Positions 36,186 through 49,755 of a stretch of DNA of 64,000 nucleotides are shown piece by piece. A program made the position numbers and the translations under genes. How positions within the stretch are numbered: the first letter of the stretch is position 1; every line of letters starts with the position of its first letter. The stretch spans positions 12,226,253 through 12,290,252 of the forward strand of contig NC_057752.1 in the NCBI RefSeq assembly GCF_004010195.1, in the 5' to 3' direction. This stretch comes from Chiloscyllium plagiosum. Taxonomy: Eukaryota. The notes below the pieces were generated by a model. The model did not search any database. It was given only the letters and a program-made list of their open reading frames with translations, and was not told where the DNA came from.

Positions 36186-38210
36186 AAGACCATAAGACAT
36201 AGGAGCGGAAGTAAGGCCATTCGACCCATTGAATGGCGGAGTGGACTCAATCATGGCTGATGGGCATTTCAACTTCACTTACCCGCATTCTCCCCGTAGC
36301 CCTTAAATTCTTGATGTCACAAGGAATTATCAATTTCTGCATTGAAGACATTGAGCGTCCCAGCCTCCACTGCACTCTCTGGCTGAAGAAATGTCTCCGC
36401 ATTTCTGTTCTGAATTTACCCCCCCTAATTCTAAGGCTGTGTCCACGGGTCCTAGTCTCCTCGCCTAACGGAAACAATTTCCTAGTGTCCACCCTCTCCA
36501 AGCCATGTATTATCTTCTAAATTTCTATTAGATCTCCCCTTAATCTAAACTCCAATGAATACGATCCCAGGATCCTCAGCCGTTCCTCATATGTTAGATC
36601 CACCATTCCAGGAATCATCCGTGAAAATCTCCACTGGACACACTCCAGTGCCAGTATGTCCTTCCTGAGGTGTGGGGACCAAAACTGGACAGTACTCCAA
36701 ATGGGGCCTAACCAGAGCTTTATAAAGTCTCAGTAGCACAACAGTGCTTTTATATTCCAACCCTCTTGAGATAATTGACAACATTGCATTCGCTTTCTTA
36801 ATCACGGACTCAACCTGCATGTTTACCTTTAGAGAATCCTCAACTAGCACTCCCAGAGCCCTCTGTACTTTGGCTTTACAAATTTTCTCACCGTTTAGAA
36901 AGTAGTCCATGCTTCTATTCTTTTTCCCAAAGTGCAAGACCTCGCATTTGCCCACATTGAATTCCATCAGCCATTTCCTGGACCACTCCTCCAAACTGCC
37001 TAGATCCTTCTGCAGCCTCCCCACATCCTCAGTACTACCTGNNNNNNNNNNNNNNNNNNNNNNNNNNNNNNNNNNNNNNNNNNNNNNNNNNNNNNNNNNN
37101 NNNNNNNNNNNNNNNNNNNNNNNNNNNNNNNNNNNNNNNNNNNNNNNNNNNNNNNNNNNNNNNNNNNNNNNNNNNNNNNNNNNNNNNNNNNNNNNNNNNN
37201 NNNNNNNNNNNNNNNNNNNNNNNNNNNNNNNNNNNNNNNNNNNNNNNNNNNNNNNNNNNNNNNNNNNNNNNNNNNNNNNNNNNNNNNNNNNNNNNNNNNN
37301 NNNNNNNNNNNNNNNNNNNNNNNNNNNNNNNNGCCCATCGGGGCCAGGAGATTTGTCAATTTTAAGACCTTTTAGCTTTTCTAGCTAGCACTCTTTTGTA
37401 ATGGCAACCATACTCAACTCAGCCCCCTGACTCCCTTTAATTGTTGGGATATTACTCATGTCTTCCACTGTGAAGACTGATGCAAAGTACTTATTAATTT
37501 CTCCAGCTATTTCCTCATCTCCCATCACAGGGCTTCCAGCATCAGTTTGAAGTGGCCCAATGTCTACTCTTGCCTGTCGTTTGTTTCTTATGTATTGAAA
37601 GAAACTTTTACTATCATTTCTAATACTACTGGCTAGCCTACCTTCATATTTGATCCTCTCCTTCCTTATTTCTCTTTATCCTTTGTTTTTGTAGCCTTCC
37701 CAATCTCTGATTTCCCAGTGCTCTTGGCCACTTTATAGGCTCTTTTTCTTTGATAGATTTCCTGACTTCCTTTGTCAGCCATGGCCGTCTAATCCCTCCC
37801 CGGATAATCTCTCTTCTTGGGGATGAACCTCTGTACAGTGTCCTCAATTTTACCCACAAACTCCTGCCATTTTTGCTCTGCTGTCTTCCCTGCTAGGCTC
37901 TGCTTCCAGTCTATTTTCATCAGTTCCCCTCATGCCCTCAATTACCTTTAACTGTAACACCATTACATCCAATTTTGCCTTCTCTTTCAAACTGCAGACT
38001 GAACTCTACCATATTATGATCGCTGCTTCCTAAGTGTTCCCTTTAAGATTTTTTTAATAAAAGTCTGGTTCATTACATAGCACTAGGTCCAGAATAGCCT
38101 GCTCCCTTGTGGGCTCCATGATAAGCTGTTCCAAAAAGCAATCCTGTAAGCATTCCATGAATTCCCTTTCTTTGGATCCACTGGCAACATTTACCCAGTC
38201 CACCTGCATA
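36186..38210 (-). mobile_element. CR1-clade LINE, relatively young, spanning the gap
   Basis: WSRKWLMEFNVGKCEVLHFGKKN, LYKALVRPHLEYC, RTRGHSLRIRGGKFRTEMRRHFFSQRV. Confidence 0.88.
37042..37331. other. Assembly gap (290 N)
   Basis: Run of N inside a CR1 copy. Confidence 0.99.
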
Positions 38211-39539
38211 TAGAATGTGTATCCCTAGATATTTCTTCAATCAAAAAAAAAGGACAGGCAGATGACCAGAAAGGGTAGGGTTGCCTCGTTAGAAACAAGT
38301 ATAATAAAAACAAACAAATAGCAGCAAGTGACAGACAGCAGGCATAGAATGTGTGGGTAGAGAGTGGAGGAACGGCAAAAAAAAATATTAATTGGGAGTT
38401 ATGCACAAACCTCCGTCAGGAGGTGGGGCAGAAAATAAGTTGGGAGCTAAAAAGGGGCACTACTACTGTATTGCAATAGCTAAAAGGGGAACTTCAATAT
38501 GCAGGTGGACTGGGAAAATAAAGTTGATCAAGAATTGGAATTTGTGGATGTCTACAAAGGTGCTTTTGCAGCAGTTTGTGGTTCTACTAGGGAACAAAAT
38601 TCTGGATTTCATGATCCAGAATCAGGTAGACTGGATTAAGGAGTGCAAGGTGAATGAAGCCCTAGGAGAAAGTAACGATAATGATGGAATTCATCCTGCA
38701 GTTGGAGAGTGAGAAACTGGAATAGGACAATAGTATTACTACAATGGAGTAAAAAACTATAAAGACAGAGGAGCTGGTCAGAGTGGATCAGAAGGGGAGC
38801 CTTGCAAGGAAGACAGGGCAGGAGCTCATGTGTGTGGGGGAGGGGGAAGAGAGTAGAGTCACAGCAGAAATTCATCCCAAGGCAAAAGAAACAGAGGGTA
38901 AGGCAACCATGGCTGACAAGGGAAGTCAGGAAGAGGATAAAGAGCAAGAGGAAAAAGGCAGTGTGGTGAAGATCAGTGGGAAGTTAAAGGATGGGGAAAC
39001 CTTTAAAAATAGCAAAGGACAACTTAAAAAGCAATAATGGAGGGAGAAGATAAAATGAGTACATGCTAGCTTGGAGAGAAGGATAATGCAAGAATCTATT
39101 TAGATATATTAGAGCTAGGAGGGCAAGAATGGACATTGCACCATTGGAAAAAGAGGCTGGAATAGTGAAAATGGGGAAGAAATGAAGGAACTAGACAAGT
39201 ACTCTGCATTAGTCTTCAAGGTGGAAGACACCACAAGCAAGCATACCAAAACTTCAAGGGAGTCAAGGAACAGAGGTCAGTGCAGTAGTCATCACTAAAG
39301 GTAAAAAAAAAGTGCTGGGGAAGCAGAGGGGTCCAAAACAGGACTAAATCACCCCAAATAAATAGGCTGCACTTCATGGCTATGAAGGAGATAGCCAAGA
39401 TTATGGAGGCATTGGTGAACTTCCCAAAATCATTAGAGTCCAGAGGGTGCCACAGGGCTGGGAAAATGGCTGATGTAACACCTGGATTATAATTTGCTTT
39501 TTTTCCCCCCCCAAAAAAAGTATAAGTTGCTGTAAAAGC

Positions 39540-40098
39540 TCTTTCAGATGCTGTAATGCTATCCCTTATCAAAAAGGCCGCTCCCCCTCTTTTGCCTCCC
39601 TTTCTATCCTTCGTGTAGGATTTGTATCCTGGAACATTCAGCTGCCAGTCCTGCCCATCCCTGAGCCATATTTCTGTAATTGCTATGATATCCCAGTCCC
39701 ATGTTCCTAACCATGCCCTGAGTTCATCTGCCTTCCCTGTTAGGCCCCTTGTATTGAAAGCTGAAAATGTGTTGCTGGAAAAGCAGAGGTCAGGCAGCAT
39801 CCAAGGAGCAGGAGAATCCTGCTCCTTGGATGCTGCCTGACCTGCTACGCTTTTCCAGCAACACATTTTCAGCTCTGAACTCCAGCATCTGCAGTCCTCA
39901 CTTTCCCTTGTATTGAAATAAATGCAGTTTAATTTATTAGTCCTACCTTGTCCCTGCCTGCCCTGACTGACTCACGTCTGTTCTCAGCTGTACCTGTCTG
40001 AGGAAAGAGATCGACTTCTGTGGGTCCCACCCTCCCACCTTACGAGTTTAAAATCCTCCCAAGCAGTTCTAGCAAGTTTCCCTGCCAGTATATTAGTC
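39540..40098 (-). mobile_element. CR1 ORF1-end / EN-start fragment
   Basis: FNTRGLTGKADELRAWLGTWDWDIIAITEIWLRDGQDWQLNVPGY. Confidence 0.85.
39760..39904. mobile_element. Penelope-derived fold-back element
   Basis: Inverted arms of about 50 bp. Perfect 14-bp TSD CCCTTGTATTGAAA at 39746-39759 and 39905-39918. Confidence 0.75.
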
Positions 40099-40099
40099 C

Positions 40100-41362
40100 C
40101 CTTTCAAGAAAAGGTGGTAAGGACAAGCCAGGGAATTATAGACCAGTGAGCCTGACCTCAGTGGTGGGCAAGTTGTTAGAGGGAGTCCTGAAGGACAGGA
40201 CGTACATGTATTTGGAAAGGCAAGGACTGATTAGGGATAGTCAACATGGCTTTGTGCATGGGAAATCATGTCTCACAAACTTGATTAAGTTTTGAGGAAG
40301 TAACAAAGAAGATTGAGGGCAGAGATGTGAGATGTGATCTGTATGGACTTCAGTAAGGCGTTTGACAAGATTCCCCATGGGAGACTGATTAGCAAGGTTA
40401 GGTCTCATGGAATATAGGGAGAACTAGCCATTTGGATACAGAACTGGCTCAAAAGGTAGAAGACAGAGGGTGGTGGTCGTCTTGGTGGAGGGTTATTTTT
40501 CAGACTGGAGGCCTGTGACCAGTGTAATGCCACAAGGATCGGTGCTGGGCCCTCTACTTTGTCATTTACATAAATGATTTGGATGCGAGCATAAGAGGTA
40601 CAGTTAGTAAGTTTGCAGATAACACCAAAATTGGAGGTGTAGTGGACAGTGAAGAGGGTCCCATTACAACAGGATCTGGACCAGATGGGCCAATGGGCTG
40701 AGAAGTGGCAGATGGAGTTTAATTCAGATAAATGTGAGGTGCTGCATTTTGATTTCTCAAAACTTAGCAGGATTTATACACTTAATGGTAAGGTCCTAGG
40801 GAGTGTTGCTGAACAAAGACCTTGGAGTGCAGGTTCATAGCTCCTTGAAAGTGGAGTCGCAGGTAGATAGGATAGTGAAGGCAGCGTTTGGTATGCTTTC
40901 CTTTATTGGTCGGAGTATTGAGTACAGGAGTTGGGAGGTCATGTTGTGGCTGTACATGACATTGGTTAGGCCACTGTTGGAATATTGCATGCAATTCTGG
41001 TCTCCTTCCCATCGGAAAGATGTTGTGAAACTTGAAAGAGTTCAGAAAAGATTTAAGGATGTTGCCAGGGTTGGAGGATCTGAGCTACAGGGAGAGGCTG
41101 AACAGGCTGGGGCTGTTTTCCCTGGAGCGAGGTGGAAGGGTGACCTTAGAGGTTTACAAAATGATGAGGGGCATGGATAGGGTAAATAGACAAAGTCTTT
41201 TCCCTGGGGTCAGGGAGACCATGGATGGGTATATGAATAGGAAGGGTTTGGAGGGATATTGGCCGGGAGCTGGCAGGTGGGACTAGATTGGGTTGGGATA
41301 TCTGGTCGGCATGGACGGGTTGGACCAAAGGGTCTGTTTCCATGCTGTACATCGCTATGATG
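40100..41362 (+). mobile_element. CR1/HER1-like LINE RT to 3' end
   Basis: GNYRPVSLTSVVGKLLE, SQHGFVHGKSCLTNL, PQGSVLGP, and tail TTGGACCAAAGGGTCTGTTTCCATGCTGTA. Confidence 0.88.
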
Positions 41363-43589
41363 ATGAGATGCTGCCAGACTGAAATTTAGAGTTAACATGG
41401 AGTTGAGTGACCCTTCCTCAGGACTAAAAAGGAACCAAAAACATTTGATTTCTAGTCAGATGCTGTCAGATCTGCTGGGCTTTGAGCAATGTCGGACTTA
41501 AATTTACAGAATCCACAGTTGTTAGAACAGGAAATTATAGACCAGTTAGCCTGAACTCAGTCATTAGTAAGATTGGAGTTCATTAAGGAGATGGGTGTAG
41601 TACTTGGCAAAATAGGACTGAGTCAGCCGGACTTCAAAAAGGGAGGTCATACCTTCTGAAAAGAATTCTAATAGATTTGTCAGGTTGAGTAAGTTAGATA
41701 AAGGAGAGCCAATGGATGTGATCTATTTTGGATTTTCAGCAGGCACCACAAAGGCAGCTGCTAAATAAGCTAGAAACCTATGGTATTAGGGGCAACGTAC
41801 AACATGGAGTGAGGACTGGCTGACTGGCAGAAGGCAGAGTAAAGTCAAAAAGGGATCTTTCAGAATGGTAATCACTGACTAGTAGAGTTCCACTGGAGTC
41901 AGTATTGGGACCACAACTATTCAAGTTACACATTAACAATCTGGGTGAAGGAACGAGGGCATTATTGCTAAAATTTGCCAATGACACACAGGTGAAGGGT
42001 TACAGGTAATTTAAGAGGGGAGGCTGCAGAAGGACTTAGACTAGGAGAATGTAATGGCAGATGGAATACAATGTAGGAAATTGAGAGGTTAGGAAGTTTG
42101 GCAAGAGAGGCATAGACTTTTTCTACACAAGGAAAGACTCTGGAAATCTGAAGCACAAGTGATTTATGAATCCTAGTTCAGGATTCTTTTCCCATTTAGA
42201 TGCAGGGTCAGTTGGTAGCTAAGGAGGCAAATGCAATGTTAACATGCACTTCAAGGGAGGGAGAACAATAGCAGGGATGTACTGCTGAGGCTGCACAAGG
42301 CTCTGGTCAGTCCAAATTTGGACTATTGGGCACCGTCAGGTCCCATATCCAAAAAGGAGGGTGTGGTGTTGGAAAGTTTATAGGGAGAAGGCAAGAGAAT
42401 TGGATTGACAGATCATATGCCTTCTTAAATCACTTTATCCACTTGAGCTGATACATTAGGGGATCAGTGGACATGCACAAAAAAAAAAGTCCTTCTGATC
42501 CTTGGTACTTCCCTTGCTTCATTTGTCCTGTCCAAGAGGATCAGGTCACATTTATCTGGATTGAGTATTTGCCAGTAGTGAGCCCACCCACAGACTCCTT
42601 TGTATCATCAGGACATACTCTCCTGCATTCAAGTCGACATCATTTATATATATCACAAATCAACAAGGGCCCCACTGATCCTGGAAGAAACGCAGACACG
42701 TAGTTGGAAAAACACCCCTTAACCATCACCCTCCTCCAGCCAATTGTGGATCCCAATTTACCAAATTTCTAAATTGCCCCATGGTTTCTTGTGTGTTACC
42801 TGAAAGAGAGCAGGTTTTATTATGAAAAACAAAAGGAATAAATTAAAGACTTCCAAAAAAAAAAAAGGTGGCAGAAGACATTGTCATCAGGAGAGGCACC
42901 ATCCTGATAAGGGGATTTTGTCTGTTTGATCTTAGCCCATAAGTGACCCTGGTGGTTCAGAACAGCTTTTTATAACCATGGTCAACATTTGTTGGATTTC
43001 CCAGGTTCTCTTCCAGTCACTTGTGCTTTTCATTCCAGATTGATCCTGGAGTGTCAGCCCTTGGACTTGTGACCTTGGAACAGGAGGTGAGCACTTTGGG
43101 TGCTGAGATGGCATCTTCCAAACCCACAGTCACTTCCATCTAGAAGGACAAGGACAGCAAATACATAACACCATCTGCTGCAAATTCCTCTCCAAGCCAC
43201 TCACCATCCTGACTTGGAAAGAATTCCAGGATTTTTGACCCAGTAGTGGAAAAAAACACCAATTATATTTCCAAAGGTATTTTTTCTTGGGTGGGGGGGG
43301 CTACCACCAAGGCTCAGACTGCAGTGGTTCAAAGGTGGCAGCTCACAATCTTCAAGGGGAAACTAGGAATGGACTGGCTAGCCAGTCTCTTCATATTGTG
43401 AAGATTTTAGATTGGTTGAGATCTTTGATTGAAATTCCTTTTCAGTCTTGATCTTTCTCCTCTTGTACTAAGTGGATCACCAAACAAATCTAATATTTGT
43501 TCAGCAGGCATGAGATGTGGGAGCAGAAGTAAGCCATTTGACCAATCTGGTCTGCTCCAACATTCAATGAATCATTTGCCCCCGACTAA

Positions 43590-43785
43590 AAAAAGTACTT
43601 AACACTGTAGGCAAAATCATCATGGCCAATTCACCTGACCTGCACATCTTTGGACGGAGAGAGGAAACCCCACACAGACAAACAGGAAGAATGTGCAAAC
43701 TCCACACGGACAGACAGCAGAGGTGGAATTGAACCCAGGTCCCTGGCACTGGGGCACAGCAATGCTAACCACTGAGCCACCGCAC
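43590..43785 (-). mobile_element. HE1-type SINE, partial
   Basis: Reverse-complement head and V-domain. Confidence 0.8.
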
Positions 43786-43799
43786 TGCTCCTGTTATTG

Positions 43800-43950
43800 C
43801 CCAAACAGGTTTATCTGGAAGCAAGCTTTTGGAGCACTGTCCCTTTGTCAGGTGCACAGAGTGTGCGCTCACTGTACCTGACAGAGGCTGCACTCCAGGA
43901 AGTGTTTTGAAATCACTTGTGACACCAGGTTATAGTCTAACATGACTTTT
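43800..43950. mobile_element. Penelope-derived inverted remnant, same family as 5625-5755
   Basis: GCTTTTGGAGCACTGTCCCTTTGTCAGGT / ACCTGACAGAGGCTGCACTCC, plus ACACCAGGTTATAGTCTAACA. Confidence 0.5.
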
Positions 43951-44049
43951 GACTGCTTCTTTACCCCAGCCACAAAGCTCTGTTAATGTCAGCAATCAGT
44001 CAGGTCCAGTGGTGAGAGTGCTGGCTTTTCATACTTCCCAATGGGAATC

Positions 44050-44520
44050 TTCCCTATGCACTGGCACACTGAAACAGTGCTACGCTGCCTCCTGTGAAGT
44101 GCTGCTGCACTGTTCAGCTTTGAATTTGTGGTTCTGTTTGGGCTGTTTCCAGTCAGTGCCAGTTCTCCATTGCAGCCATTTGTATAATGGGGTCCAGGTC
44201 AATGCATTTGATGTTGAGGAGTACTATGCTTCCAGGAATTCCCTAGCTATCCTTTGTTTAGCCTGTTCTAGTAACATTGTGTTGTCCCATTCAAACTCAT
44301 GCCTCGTTATCCAAGTGTATGGGTACCAGGGAGAGTGTTGGTCATAATCACTTAATTTGGTATTCATGGATGTTGATTGCTACCTGTCTGCCCTATGTAG
44401 TGCTTAATGCAATCACTGCGTGGGATTTTGCAAATTACTTAATCCTGCACATTGTGGGTATCGGGTCCTTTATTCTGGTGAGCTGCTGTCAGTGTGGCTA
44501 CTGTGGGTTGTCTGTGTAAA
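44050..44520 (-). mobile_element. Penelope-like element GIY-YIG endonuclease fragment
   Basis: Minus strand VICKIPRSDCIKHYIGQTG...IHEY...HEFEWDNTMLLEQAKQRIAREFLEA. Confidence 0.8.
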
Positions 44521-45311
44521 GAGGTCTAATAACTAGTTAAATCTGCATGGCTAAGCAAAATAAAATTTACCAGTGACCAGTCTCAGAAGTAAAATAGTTA
44601 CACATTAGGCTTTCAGCTTTAGTCAGAAGTTGATTCCCTCCTCTCCCTCCCACACCCCCCCATCCCCTCCTTGATTAAAGGGGAAAACACTCTTGAAAAT
44701 AAAAAGCTTCCTGGATTTCAGTTTGGTAGATTTGCAGAAGTCTTTGCTGAAACTAAATTGGTTGCTCCTGAAGGAAGGGAGCTCATTTAGAGCTGTTAAG
44801 AAACTGATTGCCAGTGTAAACAGTTTAGTTTAACAGTTTCAGATCAAAAAAAATTAACCCTGAAGGGTTGTTTGTAGCTTAGAATGCCTAAACTCATGTC
44901 AGACAAGTTCAGGAAGAGGCCCAGATGGTCAAGGGAATTGAAACTGCAGATGAATTAAACCCTATATAGATAGGTTAGGATGGGAATTCTCTGGTGCAAG
45001 CACTATAACAAAGTACTTTGGGGGAATGTGATTTACTATATTTATAGTTTAAGTTTGTTCTATTAAGTTCATTATGCAAAAGTGAACATTGGCAACATTG
45101 CACACTTGTGCTTCACTGAAAGACCAAAAAAAGTGATCAAACCGAATTGCTAAGTTACTGGAAAAGTCAGATCCATCAACTGGCATCAGCCATTCTAAAT
45201 TTCAGTAATAAAAAAGTCTGTTTCCACATGCCAGAAACGTTCTCACCTTGTCACTGCCATCAGCATTTGCCCTTTCAACCATTTTCACTGCCATTCCTGG
45301 TCAAATGATAG

Positions 45312-45553
45312 CCTTGTCTCAGTCCCAACCCTCGAACTCCGCACCACCTTCCTAACCTCTGCCCCACTCCGGCCTATCACCCTCACCTTAACCTCCTTCC
45401 ACCTATTGCATTTCCAACACCCCTCCCCCCTACCTTATCTGAGCCTACTTGGCACACTTTCCTCATTCCTGAAGGGCTCATGCCAAAAACAGATTCTCCT
45501 GCTCCTTGGATGTTGCCTGACCTGCTGCGCTTTTCCAGCAACACATTTTCAGC
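45312..45553 (+). mobile_element. Penelope-type 3' end / pseudo-LTR
   Basis: C-rich tract, then decayed hammerhead TTCCTGAAGGGCTCATGCCAAAAAC and the family arm. TSD AATGATAG at 45304 and 45554. Confidence 0.65.
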
Positions 45554-46639
45554 AATGATAGTTGGTAAGCTTCAGACACATGTTAACATTAAGTTTGTAA
45601 GTGGAGCAGTATGACAGTAACTGAAGCTTTCAACAGAATAGAGTAGCATTGCAATGCACAACCTAGACTAAAGTGAACAGCTACTGACAACTTTCATACC
45701 TTGGATATCACACTAATTACAGCAAATAATTCCAAGTAACCGTTTTGACAATTTTGATTTCTACAAAATCATGTTCATTCCACTGGATTTCATTTGGCTA
45801 CAATTTGTGGGCAACGTGGACTAGACAATGCATCTTGACAATTGTACTGAGCCCCTCTAACCTCCAGAGAAAAGACTCAAATCAAGAAATAGATATGGAT
45901 AACATTGCTCCTGCCTGCAAGAACAAGTGGGCACAGGTTGAGTGAATTTAGGAAATCTGGTTGCAAAATGTGATGCAAGAAACTTGAAAAAGGGAATAGG
46001 TGACCAAAGCCTGTAGTGGAAGAGGAGACTGGTTCAAATCAGAGCATTTGAGGGCATTAGCTGATTTTTTTTTTATTAGAGAAAATAAGTGCAGGATTAC
46101 AAAGGGAGAAGAATAGGGGAATTACACAGTCAACTCTCATTTGGAGTGCTAGTACAGACATGGTGGGCCAAATGGTCTCTTCCTGCATTGTAAGAAATGT
46201 GCAATTCTTAAGAGTCACTGCATGATGGGATCCAAGCATTCTTGCACAAGATTGGGTCATATGATACTCTGCAATAGTTACATTAATGTTTTAAAACGGA
46301 GATCTAAATCTATTTGAAGTAGGATGGGGAGCTGAACACTAATAAAAATCCAGCAATATTTTAAAGATTATGGGTATTTGCCTCAAACTAAAGAGTCTGT
46401 TTTGGCAAGTCTAATTACATTTTAAAAATGTGAAGAATGTTAGAGTCCTGCAAACTCTGCAGAGGTTTAAGAGTAATACTAGCTATGCAATGCATAGATT
46501 TATCAAAATGTATATCTGAAGCAAATGAAGATTTTGCACCAAAGTACAACTTACAGACAGAAATGGCTATAATATACATCTTACCAGAAGCTGGAAATAT
46601 CATACCAGATATGCAAGGTAATTAGGCCTCATCCAAATC

Positions 46640-47700
46640 AAGAACCCTCAAAAGCTAATTTCTGAAGCATTTAGTACCAGACTAGAGCAATATAGTGGTA
46701 CTCAAGTTGAATCTCAGGACTGTCTTTGATATCAAGACATCATCTGACCAACTGTGGCATCAAGGAGCCCTAGCTAGCAGGAAGAACTGCTAGTTGGAGT
46801 CACAGCTGAAACTAAAAGAAGAATGGCTGTGGTTGAAGATCATTCATCTCAATTCCAAGACATCACTGCAGGAGTTCAGGGTGGTGTCCTAGGCCCATTC
46901 ATTTTCAGCTGCTTCAATAACCAATCCCTCAATAAGGCCAGAAATGGCTATGTTTGTAGTATAAACAAACCTAGCACCATTTGCAACTCAAATTACTGAA
47001 GTACTGTAGTTCATATCCAAATACAGTCAAGACCTAGACAATATCTAGGCTTGGCTTATGCATGGCATGAATGTTACTTTCCACTTAAGTATTTATCTCT
47101 AACAAGAGAATCTGACCATTGCCAAATCCCTCATTACCAAAGTCCCAGGCTCACCACGAACCAGAAACTGAACTAGACAAAAGAGTATGGTCACAATAAA
47201 AGCAGGTCAGAGGCCAGTACTCCTGCAACAACTCCTATCCTGATTTCCAAGGCCTCGCCACCATCTATAAAGGCTATTTCACAACAGTGGTTATACTTGC
47301 CTGGATGGCACAACTCCAACAAGCAGCTCAATACCAAATCAGGACAACAGCTCTTTAAGGTCAGCTTCATTATTCACTCCCTCCACCACCACAGCAGCAG
47401 TGTTGTAACTATAAAAGTACACTGCAGCAACTCAAAAGGCCCTTTGTACATTACTTCCAAACCCAGAACCACTACCATTTAGAAGCACAGGGGCAGCAGA
47501 ACACCATCACAAGGTCCCCTAACCCACACCATCCTGCACTGGAAATATCATTGCTCCTTCATTACCACAGTCAAAATCATGGAACTGCCATTGTAACAGC
47601 ATTAACAAGGCCATTCCTTCTCCATGGCCACTGAGTGGAGAACTTCTGGAAGGTAGCTCATATTTAAGGGTACTTAGGATTGGACAAAAAAAACCAAGAG
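46640..47700 (+). mobile_element. Decayed CR1/L2-group LINE RT to 3' end
   Basis: Relics of DITAGVQGGVLGPFIFSCFNN. Homologous to 7365-8640 in the opposite orientation. Confidence 0.6.
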
Positions 47701-49104
47701 AATTACAATGTGCTCCCAAGCTCAACATTACAAAGTCAAGGCTGACGTCTAGTGGAACATTGAGAGTTATGTCAATAACTACATCCAGCAGCTGTCAGAC
47801 CAAAATATTCAAACATTGATTAGGAATTTCAGCAAAATATATGAGATGAGATAAATGGTCAGAAGTTCATGCATTAATAAAACTCAGTAGATAAATCAAA
47901 GATGTCCTGCAAACAATACATAAGTCAATCCAAGCAGCATACCAAAACTGTAAAGAGTTAACAGGATAGCATATCCAAATATTGTGGGATCAACACAAGG
48001 AGAAAAGACAACCTCAATATTGCCAATTTCTTTTTCCAGACAGAGCCACTGGAAATTCTTGTCCTTTGGCATATAGCCATTTGAAAGCATGCACCACAGA
48101 TTCATGGCTGTCAGCCAGTCTCCTGGGCATAGTGCCCAAATTTAACCTAACTGCAGTATGTTAAAGATTTAACTGTTTCAAAGGCAGCCAGAATGTGTTT
48201 TTGGGGGCGGGGAAGAGAGACAAGCAAAAGTGACTAAAACCCTTTGAGGGAATTCTACTAGAAAAGCAAAATAATGATTCCCAATTTAATATGGGAAAAA
48301 GAGAAAAAAGTACCAAGTTGAATGACCTGTGTTGCTGGTGTTATATTGGTCTGCAGTTTATTTTCAGTCAGCCAAATTTAGCAAGCTGGGCTAATGGAAT
48401 AGTATTTTGCAGAGTGGATTAAGTCAAGACAGGGAAAAATCTCATTCTTCAGTGATCAGTTCCAGGGTCAAGTGCATGAAATCTATTGCTGTCATGACTT
48501 GTAGACCCATGAAACAGCAAGAATGAGGAGTGATTTGACAAGTTAGGGATTGCTTTAAAAACACCTGCTGTATTTTGTTTAAAATTTCTACTCATTTCAA
48601 ATAACCCCCATAAACCAAAGTCAAGTAACTCAATACACAGGATGAACAATAAACAAATTCCCTTTTGAAAAAGGAGACCAAGGACCAAAATCAGTTTGAA
48701 CTGTTCTGTTCTCAACAAATCTGGTCCAGAGTACTATAGGTGATTGCCACCTGAATTCTTTTACCTATTAGGGTATAATCTAGAAAAAGGAGTAATGGAT
48801 AGTACACTTTCTGGAAGATCCACTGAACAGACCAGCACCAGCACAAAATTGCTGCACTTAACAGTTTGTTCCCCGATGGGTTTGGTGTAGGAAAGTGCTA
48901 AAAAAAGGTACATTTTGTACTTTTGCTAACTACTGGATTAGGCTCCAGGAAGAGGTTGAGTGCTTCAGCCCACCACGTCTGCAATCACAATTCCATTCCA
49001 AGCTAATCCCATCTGCCTGCACATGGTCTATCCTTCTACTCTGCCTGTTTGTCTAAATGCCTCTTCAAACTGCCTCGCTCACTTCCTTAACCTCCAAGGT
49101 GTGA

Positions 49105-49755
49105 GAAGACCTGGTCTGTGGACATGCCATAAGATCCATAGGTATTGGGATAGAGTAGCAAATGCCTGGACAGATTTTGGGTAGGGAGATTGGATCAGAT
49201 TCAACTTTTGGGCTCCAAATTTCCCTGCTTGGATGTATACAGGAGGAAATTTACTATCTTTGCCTTTTGTGCAAGGAAAAATATTTGTGAATTGGGTATC
49301 CAAAGGCCCCCCCCAGGAGACAAACTGGCACAGGTCAGAATATATTCCCTTGACTTCCTCAAATAAGGTGCACCAAAAAGGAAACATTTTATAAAACAGC
49401 AGCCCTTTTTGAACTATAAGGGACAGACATTTCAGCCATATCGTCCAGGGCTTTTGTTTAGTTGGGGGTAATGGTCCTGGCTGGTTTGGGGGCCCCCTGG
49501 GGAAGAGGAATATGGGTTCTATTATGACTTGATGTAAATCTATTTTGAGCATGTATCTAGTTAATTAGATTGTTGTTTGACTGTTAGTAATGTATGATAT
49601 CCTATTTTATTTTGGTGGTTTGTAGAATAGATTAGTTAGCTGGGTTTTTAAATTTAATATTGGCATTATATTGTAATGTGGAATACACTAGTCTATTTTT
49701 GTAATTTTATAAAAAAACCTTGTTTTTTCAATAAAAATGTCTATAATTAAAAAGT
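49105..49755 (+). mobile_element. L1-clade LINE 3' end, decayed, same family as 1-826
   Basis: LWTCHKIHRYWDRVANAW, TTTTGTGCAAGGAAAAATATTT, T-rich UTR and TTTTCAATAAAAA. Confidence 0.8.

Larger units (their letters stand above)
34620..42400 (+). mobile_element. Old, heavily decayed near full-length CR1, fragmented by younger insertions
   Basis: ORF1 relic DHICSKCWLLEELQ and LSNRFKIL at 34900-35750, EN relics at 36050-36185 and 38210-38750, linker and RT to 39490, resuming GNYRPVSLNSV at about 41530. Confidence 0.55.

Noticed and set aside
36909..37388. 159-aa and 119-aa ORFs
   Set aside because: They stay open only because they run through the N gap.
39216..39866. Longest ORF in the track (216 aa) as a novel gene
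   Set aside because: It is a chance chimera of a fold-back element, a CR1 endonuclease fragment and antisense CR1 sequence.
44560..45200. Possible additional decayed LTR
   Set aside because: Composition is LTR-like, but I could not identify termini, a TSD or a matching copy in the window.
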